Shown piece by piece: positions 38,386 through 48,756 of a stretch of 64,000 nt of DNA. Below the pieces are notes generated by a model. That model was not told the origin of the DNA and did no database searches. It saw nothing but the letters and a program-made list of their open reading frames with translations. The position numbers and the translations under genes are program-made. How positions within the stretch are numbered: the first letter of the stretch is position 1; the number at the start of each line of letters is the position of its first letter. This DNA comes from Acidobacteriota bacterium (GTDB lineage: Bacteria; Acidobacteriota; UBA6911; RPQK01; JADFOI01), in the NCBI GenBank assembly GCA_963663035.1, contig OY760074.1:2426967-2490966 (forward strand), given 5' to 3'.

Positions 38386-39653
38386 CTCAGCAGGTGAGCT
38401 TGAGAAAGTATCCCTATCCTTACCGGAGTGCCCTCACCATTTGCAGTGATATTGACTTGACCACTCCTGAAGAATTCCTTGAAATACACCGCTTCCTCAA
38501 TACCAAGCAACGCACCCCCATGGGTGTTGGTGTGGGGTTGGAGATAGGGGACAGCTTTTGGATGTACTCGGCTGCTCCCGAACCCGGGAGGAGCTTGTCC
38601 TTATTTAACGGCTTGGAGCCTGTAGAAGGCCCCTGGTCGGAAATGATCCTCGATTTCATCCGGGCCGGCTACCTCGACTGTCTGCACACCTATGGAGACT
38701 TCAGTTTCTACGGTGGTTTCAGGAGGGAAATGGCGGTCACGGCAGTGGACTATCTTCAAGACAAGGGCATCCAGATTAGAGTTTGGACGAACCATGGAGA
38801 CCTGCATAACTTTCAAAATATTCAGGAGAATTTTAGCTTGGGAGACTTGCAGCAGGGGCAGACGGCTAATGGGGATTCCTATGAAATTGTTGAGTATCAC
38901 ATGGACCTCACGCGCACTCTCGGAATCACCTTTCTGTGCAGGAGCCGCGACGTCACTCAGTTTTGGGGACAGAACAGAGACCTCCGCCTTCAGGAAGTAT
39001 TTACTCCGACCAGGATGAGCGATCCTGTGAACTGTCTCAAGTGGTTTTACCACCAGCTTCGCCCCGGTGTTAAGAGGTTCATTGCAAACCCTTTGTTACA
39101 AAGCATCAACGTGAGGGATGGGAACTCACTTTTTGCTTTTAAGCGCTATGGCCGGTGCCAGCAGGACCGATCCAATGATCTTGGAAGTGTACTATCGCAG
39201 AAAAATTTTGCGCGGCTGATCAGGGATGAGTCCGTTGCCATTCTCTATACACATATGGGGAAAAGGCTTCAACCGGAAGGGCCCGTGATCCCCGAAGAGT
39301 TCCAAGAAGGTCTGAGAAGGTTAGAAGAACACTTTCGGGAGGGGACAATCTTTGTTACCACTACCGCTCGTCTGTTGAACTACCTTTCAGTCCACCGGGA
39401 CTTAGACTTTCTGGTTGTAGAGAACGAAGATCATCTCAGAGTCACACTCCAATCCAAGGCCCAAGTGGAAAAACTTGGGGGGATTACTTTCTTTGTGGAC
39501 AGTCCAAAGAAACCCAGGTTCTTCTTAGACGAAAAGGAACTTGAGCTTCAAGAGAATCCCAAGGACCATCGCCAACGGAAAAGTTATTCCGTGCCACTAA
39601 CCCCTCTTTCGATCGAAAAGCTCGAGCCTCACTTCAAAACTCATGCTCACTAG
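38382..39653 (+). CDS. Hypothetical protein (424 aa), possibly a divergent polysaccharide-modifying enzyme
   Basis: ATGA overlap with the FkbM stop. Starts MTQQVSLRKYPYPYRSALTICSDIDL. No confident family match. Confidence 0.5.
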   Translation: MTQQVSLRKYPYPYRSALTICSDIDLTTPEEFLEIHRFLNTKQRTPMGVGVGLEIGDSFWMYSAAPEPGRSLSLFNGLEPVEGPWSEMILDFIRAGYLDCLHTYGDFSFYGGFRREMAVTAVDYLQDKGIQIRVWTNHGDLHNFQNIQENFSLGDLQQGQTANGDSYEIVEYHMDLTRTLGITFLCRSRDVTQFWGQNRDLRLQEVFTPTRMSDPVNCLKWFYHQLRPGVKRFIANPLLQSINVRDGNSLFAFKRYGRCQQDRSNDLGSVLSQKNFARLIRDESVAILYTHMGKRLQPEGPVIPEEFQEGLRRLEEHFREGTIFVTTTARLLNYLSVHRDLDFLVVENEDHLRVTLQSKAQVEKLGGITFFVDSPKKPRFFLDEKELELQENPKDHRQRKSYSVPLTPLSIEKLEPHFKTHAH

Positions 39654-40359
39654 AGTGATCCGTTTCTGGCAAGTGTGGGTAAAGTTGCCCTGGGTGGTGG
39701 ACCGCAAGTTCGACTTCGCTTTGAGCCAAGCCCGTCAATATGTGGGTGGCAGGTTGTTGGATGTGGGCTGCGGAGCAAAGCCCTATCGGAAGCTCTATGC
39801 TGCATCTGTTGATAGGCACATTGGCGTGGATTTCACCATTCCCGATGGAAACCGTGAAGAAGAAGTCGCATCTCGAGCGATGGGGCCCGACGTTTTAGCT
39901 GACGGACAACATCTCCCCTTTCGTTCAACATCATTCGATACGGTTCTCTGTACCCATGTCTTTGTACATTTCAAGGAACCTTCTCAAGCTATGGGAGAAA
40001 TGAGCCGTGTTCTCCGAGAAGGTGGACATCTGGTGTTGAGCGCCCGACAGATGTGGCATGTCTACGTCGCTGAGGATTACTTTCGCTTCACCGAAAACGG
40101 GTTAAGGCATCTTGCCAAGAAAAACGGACTCGAAGTGTTGCAAGTTTTCGGAGTGGGCGGTTTTTTCGCACGCTTGGGAGCCAAACTAAGCTACTTTCTG
40201 CACTCGCTCAACCGACGGAAGCTTCGCTTCTTCATCGAGGTTCCTTTGGGAATCCTCATCGTGTTCATACAGGGACTCTTCTACTTTCTGGATTCAATTT
40301 TTCCTACCCCAAACGACGTGGTTTTTAATGTCCTTGTGGCCAGGAAAGGTTCCCAGTGA
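39643..40359 (+). CDS. Class I SAM-dependent methyltransferase (Methyltransf_11-like) with a C-terminal TM segment
   Basis: LLDVGCGAKPY ... ADGQHLPFRSTSFDTVLCTHVFVHF ... LREGGHLVLS. Confidence 0.7.
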   Translation: MLTRVIRFWQVWVKLPWVVDRKFDFALSQARQYVGGRLLDVGCGAKPYRKLYAASVDRHIGVDFTIPDGNREEEVASRAMGPDVLADGQHLPFRSTSFDTVLCTHVFVHFKEPSQAMGEMSRVLREGGHLVLSARQMWHVYVAEDYFRFTENGLRHLAKKNGLEVLQVFGVGGFFARLGAKLSYFLHSLNRRKLRFFIEVPLGILIVFIQGLFYFLDSIFPTPNDVVFNVLVARKGSQ

Positions 40360-41693
40360 GCTTGTTCGTGAAGGACATCTCTGCGACGTTAGGCACGAGA
40401 GTCATACTTCTGTTTGTCGGTTTTTTCACTAACGTTTTTGTTGCAAACAGCCTCGGCTCCGAGAGGCTGGGAGCATTCAGCCTGGTCATGACTACCCTGG
40501 CGTGGCTTACTCTGTGCGCTGGTTTTGGCATAGATGCCTCAAATGTCTATTTTGCAGGGCAAAAGAGATGGACTACGGCATCATTGGTTGCCAATTCACT
40601 TTGGATAGCACTGCTGGGAGGTGTCCTGGCTTCAGTTCTATTCTTGTCGGTTCAGAATTGGGCTTTCGAGACTATCCTCAAAGGGGTCGATCCCAAATGG
40701 CAGTTTGTGGGTCTTTTGGCTTTGCCTGTGATGGTTGCCAGAAACTCTTTGCAGGGGATCTTGAGAGGTACAAACCGAATTCTTGAATGGAACGGGACCG
40801 CTTTGGCAAATGCCGCACTACTGTTGCTGCTGTTTCTCATTCTACTCAAGGGAGCTGGACTGGGGGTGTTGGGAGCGGTTTCGACCCATTTGATCGTTGC
40901 CTTTTTAATGACGGTGACGTTGCTTTTCATCTTGTCGCGAGGCTCAAAGTTATCCTGGAAGATTCATTGGCAAGGGATGAAGGAGAGTCTCGGATACGGA
41001 CTCAAAATACAATCGAGTAATGTCATCAACTTTTTCAACTACTACTTGAATTATTATCTCTTGAATTATTTCTTGAGTACGACTGAAGTAGGCCAATACA
41101 GCGTGGCCATGGCTTTGAGTCAACCTCTCATGATCCTTCCCGCTGCCATTCAGTATGTCCTGCTTCCCAAGGTCTCCATCACTCAAACTTCCGAAGCAAA
41201 GATCTGGATGCCCCTATTACTACGACTAACTGTCTTTCTCATGTTGTCTATGTTGTGCGTCTTCCTTCTGGTCTGCCCTCTTGTTATCGCCTGGTTCTAT
41301 GGCGACGAGTACGCGGCCTCGGTTTTGCCGCTTCGACTACTGATTTCAGGCTGCCTTTTCCTCAGTATCGCGACAGTGACTTCAGGTTATAACGCCGGCT
41401 CTGGACGTCCCGAGATATCAATTTATTCTTCGGGGCTGGGTTTGGTGACGACCGTTACACTTGGCATCTGGCTGATTCCCACCTACGGTTTGGCAGCGGC
41501 CGGCTTCACCTCAGCCGTGGCCTACTTCGTTCTGGCTGTTATTGAATTTATCGGTTACCTCCGAGTATCGGGCAACGGAATGGCGGAGTCGCTCATCATC
41601 AGAGGAGAAGATTTCCGATTTACTTTCAATTCGCTCCGGTCGATGGCAACCCATTGGAAAGCCCGATTTGACCTGGAAAAGGGGAAAGATTAG
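40356..41693 (+). CDS. wzx: Wzx-type oligosaccharide flippase (MOP superfamily polysaccharide biosynthesis protein)
   Basis: 445 aa with about 12 TM helices and the topology of the PF01943 family. GTGA overlap with the preceding gene. Confidence 0.75.
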   Translation: MSLFVKDISATLGTRVILLFVGFFTNVFVANSLGSERLGAFSLVMTTLAWLTLCAGFGIDASNVYFAGQKRWTTASLVANSLWIALLGGVLASVLFLSVQNWAFETILKGVDPKWQFVGLLALPVMVARNSLQGILRGTNRILEWNGTALANAALLLLLFLILLKGAGLGVLGAVSTHLIVAFLMTVTLLFILSRGSKLSWKIHWQGMKESLGYGLKIQSSNVINFFNYYLNYYLLNYFLSTTEVGQYSVAMALSQPLMILPAAIQYVLLPKVSITQTSEAKIWMPLLLRLTVFLMLSMLCVFLLVCPLVIAWFYGDEYAASVLPLRLLISGCLFLSIATVTSGYNAGSGRPEISIYSSGLGLVTTVTLGIWLIPTYGLAAAGFTSAVAYFVLAVIEFIGYLRVSGNGMAESLIIRGEDFRFTFNSLRSMATHWKARFDLEKGKD

Positions 41694-41720
41694 AACCTGC
41701 TTCCTACAGGTGGCAAAGCT

Positions 41721-42884
41721 ATGCATTTGTGCTTCATGGGTAACTTGGAAAGTATTCATCTCAGGAGGTGGATCCAGCACTTTATCGAGCGAGGACACCA
41801 GGTCTCTTTGCTTTCATACTCAGGTGAATCGGTCCAAATGGAGGGGTTGAAGGTACATTCCCTCCTGGAGAACGGTTCTGGAGATACTCAACCCCTTCCG
41901 AGCAATTCCGCTCCCCCTACAGCTCCCCCTCGGGCACCTGAGTGGGCTCAGCGTCTCCTTCCCTTTGGCCTTCTCACCGCCAAGATGAGTCTGAAATGGC
42001 TGCGCCATGGGATCAAGAAAAAGCTGAAGGAAATTCAGCCGGACATTTTACATGGGCATTTTCTAGTGGAGTACGGGTTGTATGCCGCTATCACGGGATT
42101 CTCACCGTTAGTCGTCTCTGCATGGGGTTCGGACCTTCTGCTTCATCCTCAGAGGTCCTTGCTTAACAGGTTGTTGGTCCGCTATACGGCCAAAAGAAGT
42201 TCTTTGTTCCATGTTGCATCTCCTTTCATGGTCACGAAGCTAGAAGAAATGGGACTCCGTCATGACAACATCGTCATTGCCAATCTTGGGGTGGGCGAAG
42301 AGTTCCTTGATGTCCAAACTCAGTCAACGGCAGGGAGAAGTGTATTGGTGAGCACGCGGAAGCTTGGTCAAGTCTACAATCCAGCTACTCTTATCCGGGC
42401 CATGAAGTTGGTGAGCAAGGACCATCCTCAGGTTTTGCTGAGATTAGCGGGAGAAGGTCCGCTTCGCCAAGGTCTCGAAGCTTTGGTGGCTGAGTTGGGC
42501 TTGCAGGCCAATGTTGAGTTCTTGGGCAGTCTCTCTGAAGAAGATGTCAAACAGACTCTGAGCGAAGCCGATCTCTATCTTTCTACCTCGCTCTCGGATT
42601 CAGCCTCTATCGCATTGCTGGAGGCCATGGCGGTCGGACTTCTTCCGATTGTATCGGACATTGCGGGAAACAGGGAATGGATCACAGACGGTGTCAACGG
42701 GTTCCTTGTTGACCCTCACGACACCGATACGATGGCCGCGAGGATCACACTGGCTTTGAGCAGGGCCGACTGGAGACAAGAGGTGTGTCAGCAAAATAAG
42801 GAGATTGTGAAACAGCGAGCTCTCCGGAAAAACCAGATGGACATCGTGGAACAGGCCTACCGGGAGCTACTCTCGCAGAAATAG
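41721..42884 (+). CDS. GT4 glycosyltransferase (tandem paralogue 1a)
   Basis: MHLCFMGNLESIHLRRWIQHF...EAMAVGLLPIVSDIAGNREWITDGVNGFLV. About 70% identical to the next gene. Confidence 0.8.
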   Translation: MHLCFMGNLESIHLRRWIQHFIERGHQVSLLSYSGESVQMEGLKVHSLLENGSGDTQPLPSNSAPPTAPPRAPEWAQRLLPFGLLTAKMSLKWLRHGIKKKLKEIQPDILHGHFLVEYGLYAAITGFSPLVVSAWGSDLLLHPQRSLLNRLLVRYTAKRSSLFHVASPFMVTKLEEMGLRHDNIVIANLGVGEEFLDVQTQSTAGRSVLVSTRKLGQVYNPATLIRAMKLVSKDHPQVLLRLAGEGPLRQGLEALVAELGLQANVEFLGSLSEEDVKQTLSEADLYLSTSLSDSASIALLEAMAVGLLPIVSDIAGNREWITDGVNGFLVDPHDTDTMAARITLALSRADWRQEVCQQNKEIVKQRALRKNQMDIVEQAYRELLSQK

Positions 42885-42890
42885 GATGCC

Positions 42891-44045
42891 ATGCATTTGT
42901 GTTATATGGGTAGGTTCGAAAGTGTTCATCTCAAGAGGTGGATCAAGCACTTTATCGAGCAAGGACATCAGGTCTCTTTGCTTTCTTTCTCAGGTGCATC
43001 ACTTCAGATGGAGGGCTTGAAAGTACATTCCCTCCTGGCGAACTGTTCTGGAGACTCTCCACCACCCACGAGCACGCCCACTCTTCTCTTTGGAGCGCAA
43101 GAGTGGGCTCACCGCCTCCTTCCCCTGGGCCTCCTAACGGCCAGAATGAGTCTTAAGTGGCTGCGCCATGGAATCAAGAGAAAGCTGGAGGAGATTCAGC
43201 CCGACATTTTACATGGGCACTTTCTGATGGAGTATGGTTTCTACGCTGCCACTACGGGATTCTCACCGTTAGTTGTCTCTGCATGGGGTTCGGACCTTCT
43301 GATTCATCCTCAGAGGTCCTTGATCAACAGGTTGTTGATCAACCACACGCTCAAAAGAAGTTCTTTAGTCTACGTTATGGCTCCTTTCATGGCCAGAAAG
43401 ATTGAAGAGATGGGGATCCATAGAGGGAAAATCGTTTCGGCCAATTTTGGGGTAGATGAAGCTTTACTCGATGTACAGGCTCAATCAAGGAATGGGAGAC
43501 CGATACTGGTATGCACCAGGATGCTGGACCACGTCTATAATCACGCCACGCTGATTAAAGCTTTAGCCGTGGTACGCAAAGCCCATTCGGAGGTTTTGCT
43601 TAGATTAGCGGGAGACGGTCCCTTACGGAAGCCTCTGGAAGCCTTGGTGAATGAGTTGAGTTTGCAGACAAATGTTGAGTTTGCAGGCTTTCTTTCAGGA
43701 AGTAAATTAATAGGGGCTCTGAGCACTGCGGACCTCTATCTCTCCACCTCTCTGTCCGATGGAACCTCGGTGTCACTACTGGAAGCCATGGCGGTCGGAC
43801 TTTTTCCGATTGTATCGAACATTGAGGGAAACCGGGACTGGATCGCTGACGGCGCCAACGGATTCCTTGTTGACCCTCACGACCCAGATGCGCTGGCCGC
43901 AAGAATCACCCTGGCTTTGAGTAAGGTCGACTGGAGACGAGAGGTGTGTCAGCAAAATAAGGAGATTGTCAAACAGAGAGCTCTCCGGAAAAGCCAGATG
44001 GAGATCATGGAACAGGCCTACCGCGAGCTATTATCGGAGCAATAG
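42891..44045 (+). CDS. GT4 glycosyltransferase (tandem paralogue 1b)
   Basis: MHLCYMGRFESVHLKRWIKHF...EAMAVGLFPIVSNIEGNRDWIADGANGFLV. Confidence 0.8.
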   Translation: MHLCYMGRFESVHLKRWIKHFIEQGHQVSLLSFSGASLQMEGLKVHSLLANCSGDSPPPTSTPTLLFGAQEWAHRLLPLGLLTARMSLKWLRHGIKRKLEEIQPDILHGHFLMEYGFYAATTGFSPLVVSAWGSDLLIHPQRSLINRLLINHTLKRSSLVYVMAPFMARKIEEMGIHRGKIVSANFGVDEALLDVQAQSRNGRPILVCTRMLDHVYNHATLIKALAVVRKAHSEVLLRLAGDGPLRKPLEALVNELSLQTNVEFAGFLSGSKLIGALSTADLYLSTSLSDGTSVSLLEAMAVGLFPIVSNIEGNRDWIADGANGFLVDPHDPDALAARITLALSKVDWRREVCQQNKEIVKQRALRKSQMEIMEQAYRELLSEQ

Positions 44046-44125
44046 GATTTCAGTTGTTAGTCAGGAGATACGGCTAGCTCTTCGAATGGGCTTTTGACGG
44101 GAGAACCACTTCGAGGCAACTTCAG

Positions 44126-45298
44126 ATGAAGATACTCTACGTCCTCTATCATGAGTATGAGCGAATGCCCATACATGCTGTTGAAGTGATCGAGGAGATG
44201 AACCGCCAAGGGCACCAGGTGGTGGTTGTGACTGCCATTTCACGCCAATTTCTGCGAGGACTCGCCTGGCCCCCCACCATTCAAGTCCATCGGGTCCCGA
44301 TCGTGAATCTTAAGGGTCTTCGAATGATCTCTTTCTGTCTGAGTTCCTTGCTGCTTCTGCCTCGCTGGTGCCTGAAAGAATGCCCGAATATTGTTTATGA
44401 TCGCTTTTCACTCACCTCTCTCGTGACAGTCTGGATGACACGCCTCTTAGGTATTCCCCTGGTTTTGGAGATCAATGGAATCGTGAGCGATGAGTTAGCC
44501 TTGGGTCGGAGTGCGCGTTGGCGTCGTCAACTCTTTAAGCTGGTTGAGGGTTGGGTGTTTCGAGGTGGTGACCATCTCATCACCGTGACCGAAGGTATTC
44601 GTAAGTGGGTCAGCTCTGCTCATTCGGTGCCGCTTGAAAACATAGAGACCATCCTCAATGGCACCAATCCTGGCAGGTTTAAGCCCGTTGATAAGGGTCT
44701 GGCTCGACAGGAACTTGGGCTGGATCCTGAGCGGCCTATCGTCGGCTATCTAGGAAGCCTGTTCCCCTGGTGCGGTCTGGAAGTTCTCATTGAAGCCTCG
44801 CTTATCATTTTGGAAAGTATTCCTGATGGACTGTTTCTGATCGGAGGTGGTCAGGCAGAAATGAAAGTGGCATTGGAGGGAAAAGTGAAGCACCTGGGTG
44901 CGGAACAGCACTTTGTCTTTCAGGGTGAAGTTCCCTGGGATCAGGCCGCTCTGTTTATCAGTGCCTTCGATGTTGCAGTGGCTCCAGCCCAACTCTCAGA
45001 GCGCTCAGGAATCTCACCTCAGAAGGTTTATGCATACCTGGCATGCCAACGCCCTGTGGTGGGAAGTGATATCGAGGGACTGGGTGACATGCTGACACAG
45101 GAGAGGGTTGGATTCTCCTTTCCCTCAGGCGATGCTGAGAGAATGGCCGGAGCCATCATCCAACTGCTTCAGGATCGGGAATTGGCGCAGACGATGGGTG
45201 AGCGGGGAAGACGGTTAGTGTTGGATCGTTTCACCTGGGAACGAGTGGTCCAGAAGACAGTACGGATTTTCAAGGACATCTTGGAATCACGGTGTTGA
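44126..45298 (+). CDS. GT4 glycosyltransferase (tandem paralogue 2a)
   Basis: MKILYVLYHEYERMPIHAVEVIEEMNRQGHQVVVV... Confidence 0.8.
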   Translation: MKILYVLYHEYERMPIHAVEVIEEMNRQGHQVVVVTAISRQFLRGLAWPPTIQVHRVPIVNLKGLRMISFCLSSLLLLPRWCLKECPNIVYDRFSLTSLVTVWMTRLLGIPLVLEINGIVSDELALGRSARWRRQLFKLVEGWVFRGGDHLITVTEGIRKWVSSAHSVPLENIETILNGTNPGRFKPVDKGLARQELGLDPERPIVGYLGSLFPWCGLEVLIEASLIILESIPDGLFLIGGGQAEMKVALEGKVKHLGAEQHFVFQGEVPWDQAALFISAFDVAVAPAQLSERSGISPQKVYAYLACQRPVVGSDIEGLGDMLTQERVGFSFPSGDAERMAGAIIQLLQDRELAQTMGERGRRLVLDRFTWERVVQKTVRIFKDILESRC

Positions 45299-45334
45299 AA
45301 CGACTGAGATGAGAATGAGACAGGGCAAACTGAG

Positions 45335-46513
45335 ATGAAGATCTTCTACGTCTTCTATCATGAGTATGAGCGAATGCCCATACATGCTGTTGAGGTGATC
45401 GAGGAGATGAACCGGCAAGGGCAGCAGGTGGTTGTTGTGACTGCCATTTCACGCCAATATCTGCAAGGACTTGCCTGGCCCAAGAGCATTCAAGTTCATC
45501 AGGTTCCGATACTTCATCTCAGGGGTCTTCGAATGATCTCCTTCTTTTTGAGTTCGTTTCTATTGATGCCTTACTGGTGCCTGAAGGCATCGCCCGATAT
45601 TGTGTATGAACGCTTCTCACTCACTTCTCTAGCGACTCTGTGGATTACACGCCTTTTAGGTATTGCTCTGGTCGTGGAGGTAAATGGAATCGTCACCGAT
45701 GAGTTAGCCTTGAGTCAGACTGCCGGTTGGCGTCTTCACCTTCAGGAGCTGGTTGAGGGTTGGGTGTTTCGAGGGAGTGACCATCTCATCACCGTGACCG
45801 AGGGTATACGTCAGTGGGCCGGATCCGATCATTCGGTGCCGCTTGAGAAAATAGAAACAATCTTCAATGGCACCAATCCTCGCAAATTTAAACCCTTTGA
45901 GAAAGGTCTTGCTCGACAAGAATTTGGGCTGGACCCGGAGCGGCCTATCGTCGGCTATCTGGGAAGCCTGTACCCCTGGTGTGGTCTGGAACATCTGATT
46001 GATGCTTCGCCTATGATTCTTGAAGAAATTCCAGATGCACTCTTCCTGATCGGAGGTGGTCAAACGGAGATGAAATGGGAATTTGAGAGAAGGGCGAAGC
46101 ACCTGGGTGTGGAACAGCACTTTGTCTTTCAGGGTGAAGTTCCCTGGGATAAGGCCGCGCTCTTTATCAGTACCTTCGATGTTGCAGTGGCCCCCGCCCA
46201 ATTCACAAAGCGCACAGGAATATCACCTCTGAAGTTCTATGCCTACCTAGCATGCGAACGCCCCGTGGTCGGAACTGACTTGCAGGGTTTGGGCAACATC
46301 CTGGAGGAGAGAAATGTTGGAAAGTCATTTCCCGTGGGTGAAAAGGAAGAACTGGCGGAGGCTGTGATTCTGCTGCTCCAAGATAGAGAAATGGCGACGA
46401 GCATGGGGAAAAGAGGTAGAGAGTTTGTCCTGAAATCTCATACTTGGGAGCGAGTGGTTGAGAAGACCATCGAGTTACTCAATAGGTGTCTAAACTCGAA
46501 GCGAGGCACTTAG
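45335..46513 (+). CDS. GT4 glycosyltransferase (tandem paralogue 2b)
   Basis: MKIFYVFYHEYERMPIHAVEVIEEMNRQGQQVVVV... Confidence 0.8.
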   Translation: MKIFYVFYHEYERMPIHAVEVIEEMNRQGQQVVVVTAISRQYLQGLAWPKSIQVHQVPILHLRGLRMISFFLSSFLLMPYWCLKASPDIVYERFSLTSLATLWITRLLGIALVVEVNGIVTDELALSQTAGWRLHLQELVEGWVFRGSDHLITVTEGIRQWAGSDHSVPLEKIETIFNGTNPRKFKPFEKGLARQEFGLDPERPIVGYLGSLYPWCGLEHLIDASPMILEEIPDALFLIGGGQTEMKWEFERRAKHLGVEQHFVFQGEVPWDKAALFISTFDVAVAPAQFTKRTGISPLKFYAYLACERPVVGTDLQGLGNILEERNVGKSFPVGEKEELAEAVILLLQDREMATSMGKRGREFVLKSHTWERVVEKTIELLNRCLNSKRGT

Positions 46514-47415
46514 TGCTCACTGAGCCCTTGAATCAGCTCACACCAGAAGAATTGAAGCTCTATGGAAATGTGGAAGCGGTTGAGGAACATCGAATCTATC
46601 AGAAGTTTGCGCATAGTCCTCGGCACCATAAGGACTATTACCGGCTGATGTATTTCGAGTTTGAGCAACGGGCACAGGTTGGGGATCTCTTAACTGAAAG
46701 TGAGCTTCGTCTCTTTGAACGACAAAGGCAGATGGAAAAGGAGCGCATCACACGTTTCATGAAGATCATTGCGCCTCTCCCGGATCACTTTTTTTTAGAC
46801 GTTGGGTGTGGCGTGGGACAATTGACCTACCATCTTGCTCGTGCCGGGGCCCGTGTTGTGGGGATAGAACTCAGTTATGAGGCCGTGCAGGTCGGGTTGG
46901 CGATACTGAATGAGTGTTCGCTGCCTGCTCCTGTGAGTTTTATCTGCCAGAACGCTATCTCCTTACCTTTTCAGAACGGGATCTTTGATCGGGTGGTTTG
47001 TGCGGATGTCATGGAGCACCTGAGCGACGAAGAGAAGCGAGCAGTGCTGCAAGAAGTCTACCGAGTGCTGAAGCCAGGCGGAGAGGTTTTTTTTCACACA
47101 CCGAATAAACGGCGGATACAACTGGGGTTGCTCAGGAGACGTCTCGCCGCATTAATCCGATTGGAAAACCCTATGTCCATACGGCATCACTATCCCGAGG
47201 GGGGAGGCCACGTCGGTCTGACAACGCCAAGAAAGCTGATTCCGATGTTAACTGCCAGTGGTTTTGATTGCAGACGCATTTACTGTCCAGGTGATATCCC
47301 CATTCTCAAAGGGTTAGGCAGACCCGTGAATGATCTGCTGAGTGCAGATACACCGGTCCTGAGGGATTTTCTGGCGGCGAATTTTGTCCTGATTGGGAGG
47401 AAACGCATTGGTTAA
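46486..47415 (+). CDS. Class I SAM-dependent methyltransferase
   Basis: FLDVGCGVGQLTYHL ... LKPGGEVFFHTPN. GTG start overlapping the preceding gene. Confidence 0.7.
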   Translation: MSKLEARHLVLTEPLNQLTPEELKLYGNVEAVEEHRIYQKFAHSPRHHKDYYRLMYFEFEQRAQVGDLLTESELRLFERQRQMEKERITRFMKIIAPLPDHFFLDVGCGVGQLTYHLARAGARVVGIELSYEAVQVGLAILNECSLPAPVSFICQNAISLPFQNGIFDRVVCADVMEHLSDEEKRAVLQEVYRVLKPGGEVFFHTPNKRRIQLGLLRRRLAALIRLENPMSIRHHYPEGGGHVGLTTPRKLIPMLTASGFDCRRIYCPGDIPILKGLGRPVNDLLSADTPVLRDFLAANFVLIGRKRIG

Positions 47416-47502
47416 GCGTGTCACCCTGAAGCTCTATGCTTATCTGGCTTGGTGGGCAATCTCTGACACGGTCTCGGGCAAGAGAGACAAGGGTAAGACA
47501 CT

Positions 47503-48693
47503 GTGAAAATCGTCGTGACCGCAAGGTCTGACCTCTCAGGGCAGGTCACTACGCCAGGAGGCATGGTTCACCTCCTGGAAACTTGCCGAAATCTCCACTT
47601 GCTGGGACACGACGTCACCCTCTTTGTGGGAACTGAAGGGCGCTATCAAGAGGCTGTCCCTTTTAAGATCGTTAATATCCCTATTCCCCGTATACGGTTT
47701 CTAGGTACTTTCTTATTTCCCATTCTCCTCTTCATCTATCTTCTAGCCTGGAGCCTTTTCAACAAGTCCGACGTCATCTATGAGAATTGCGTAACCTACT
47801 CTTTTTCGGGATTATTGGTGGCCAAGCTCTTAGGCAAGCCCCACGCGATGCATGTTCACGGTTTTACTCCCGATGAGATGGAGATGGGAGGACACGGAAA
47901 GTTTCGAGTGGCCTTGGTCCTTTTCGTTGAACGCTGGAACTACCGCCTGTCGGATGCGCTTTTCTGCGTGACCCCGGTCGTCCTTGAGAAAATCAGTGAA
48001 GTGTATGGTGTGTCTCCTGATACCTCATACTTCATCTACAACGGAGTGGACGCGGATCGCTGCAGGCCCATGGACAGGCAGGAATGTGCTCGAACCTTAG
48101 GGATGGATCCCAGCCAGGAATATGTGGGATTCATCGGCTATCTTTACCCTTGGTCGGGAGTTGACAAACTGATTGAGGCGGCTCCTGCAATTGTTGCCAA
48201 ACGTCCCAAAGCTCAATTCGTGGTGGTTGGCCACGGGATCTGGGGACCCCAACTCCCCGTCTTAGCCAAAAAAGCAGGAGTATCGGAGCACTTTCATTTT
48301 GTGGGTTATCAACCGTGGGATCAGATCCCCCTCTTTTGTAATCTCTTCGACGTAGGGGTAACAGCCTACACAGCGGAAAAGGGCGTTGGACGCTATCGTT
48401 CCTCCATGAAGTCTCTGGAATACTCGGCAGCAGGTTGTCCGGTGGTGATTACTCGCGCCCGAGGCGTCTCGGACATTATTGAGGAAGCGGGTTGTGGAAT
48501 CGTGGTCGAGCCAGACGACATGGATGCGTTAGCCAACGCCATCATTGAGATTCTCCAGGACCCGGAACTCCGAAAAACCATGGGAGATAAGGGCCGACAA
48601 CTTATTGAGGACGGCTACACATGGCGACATGTTGCTGAGAAAATGACGGTTGTTTTTGACAAGCTTGTTAAATCACCTTCTGATAGCGGGTAA
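47503..48693 (+). CDS. GT4 glycosyltransferase
   Basis: The GT-B C-terminal domain motif. GTG start. Confidence 0.8.
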   Translation: MKIVVTARSDLSGQVTTPGGMVHLLETCRNLHLLGHDVTLFVGTEGRYQEAVPFKIVNIPIPRIRFLGTFLFPILLFIYLLAWSLFNKSDVIYENCVTYSFSGLLVAKLLGKPHAMHVHGFTPDEMEMGGHGKFRVALVLFVERWNYRLSDALFCVTPVVLEKISEVYGVSPDTSYFIYNGVDADRCRPMDRQECARTLGMDPSQEYVGFIGYLYPWSGVDKLIEAAPAIVAKRPKAQFVVVGHGIWGPQLPVLAKKAGVSEHFHFVGYQPWDQIPLFCNLFDVGVTAYTAEKGVGRYRSSMKSLEYSAAGCPVVITRARGVSDIIEEAGCGIVVEPDDMDALANAIIEILQDPELRKTMGDKGRQLIEDGYTWRHVAEKMTVVFDKLVKSPSDSG

Positions 48694-48756
48694 AGAGAAC
48701 GGCCTGTCTGAAGTTTTTCCACTTCCTCCTTCTGCCCGGATTATAGCTGACAAACC

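Noticed and set aside
44061-44243. Paired antisense ORFs 44061..44243 and 45270..45452 with near-identical products
   Set aside because: They mirror the duplicated 5' ends of the tandem GT4 genes on the opposite strand. Their similarity comes from the gene duplication, not from independent genes.
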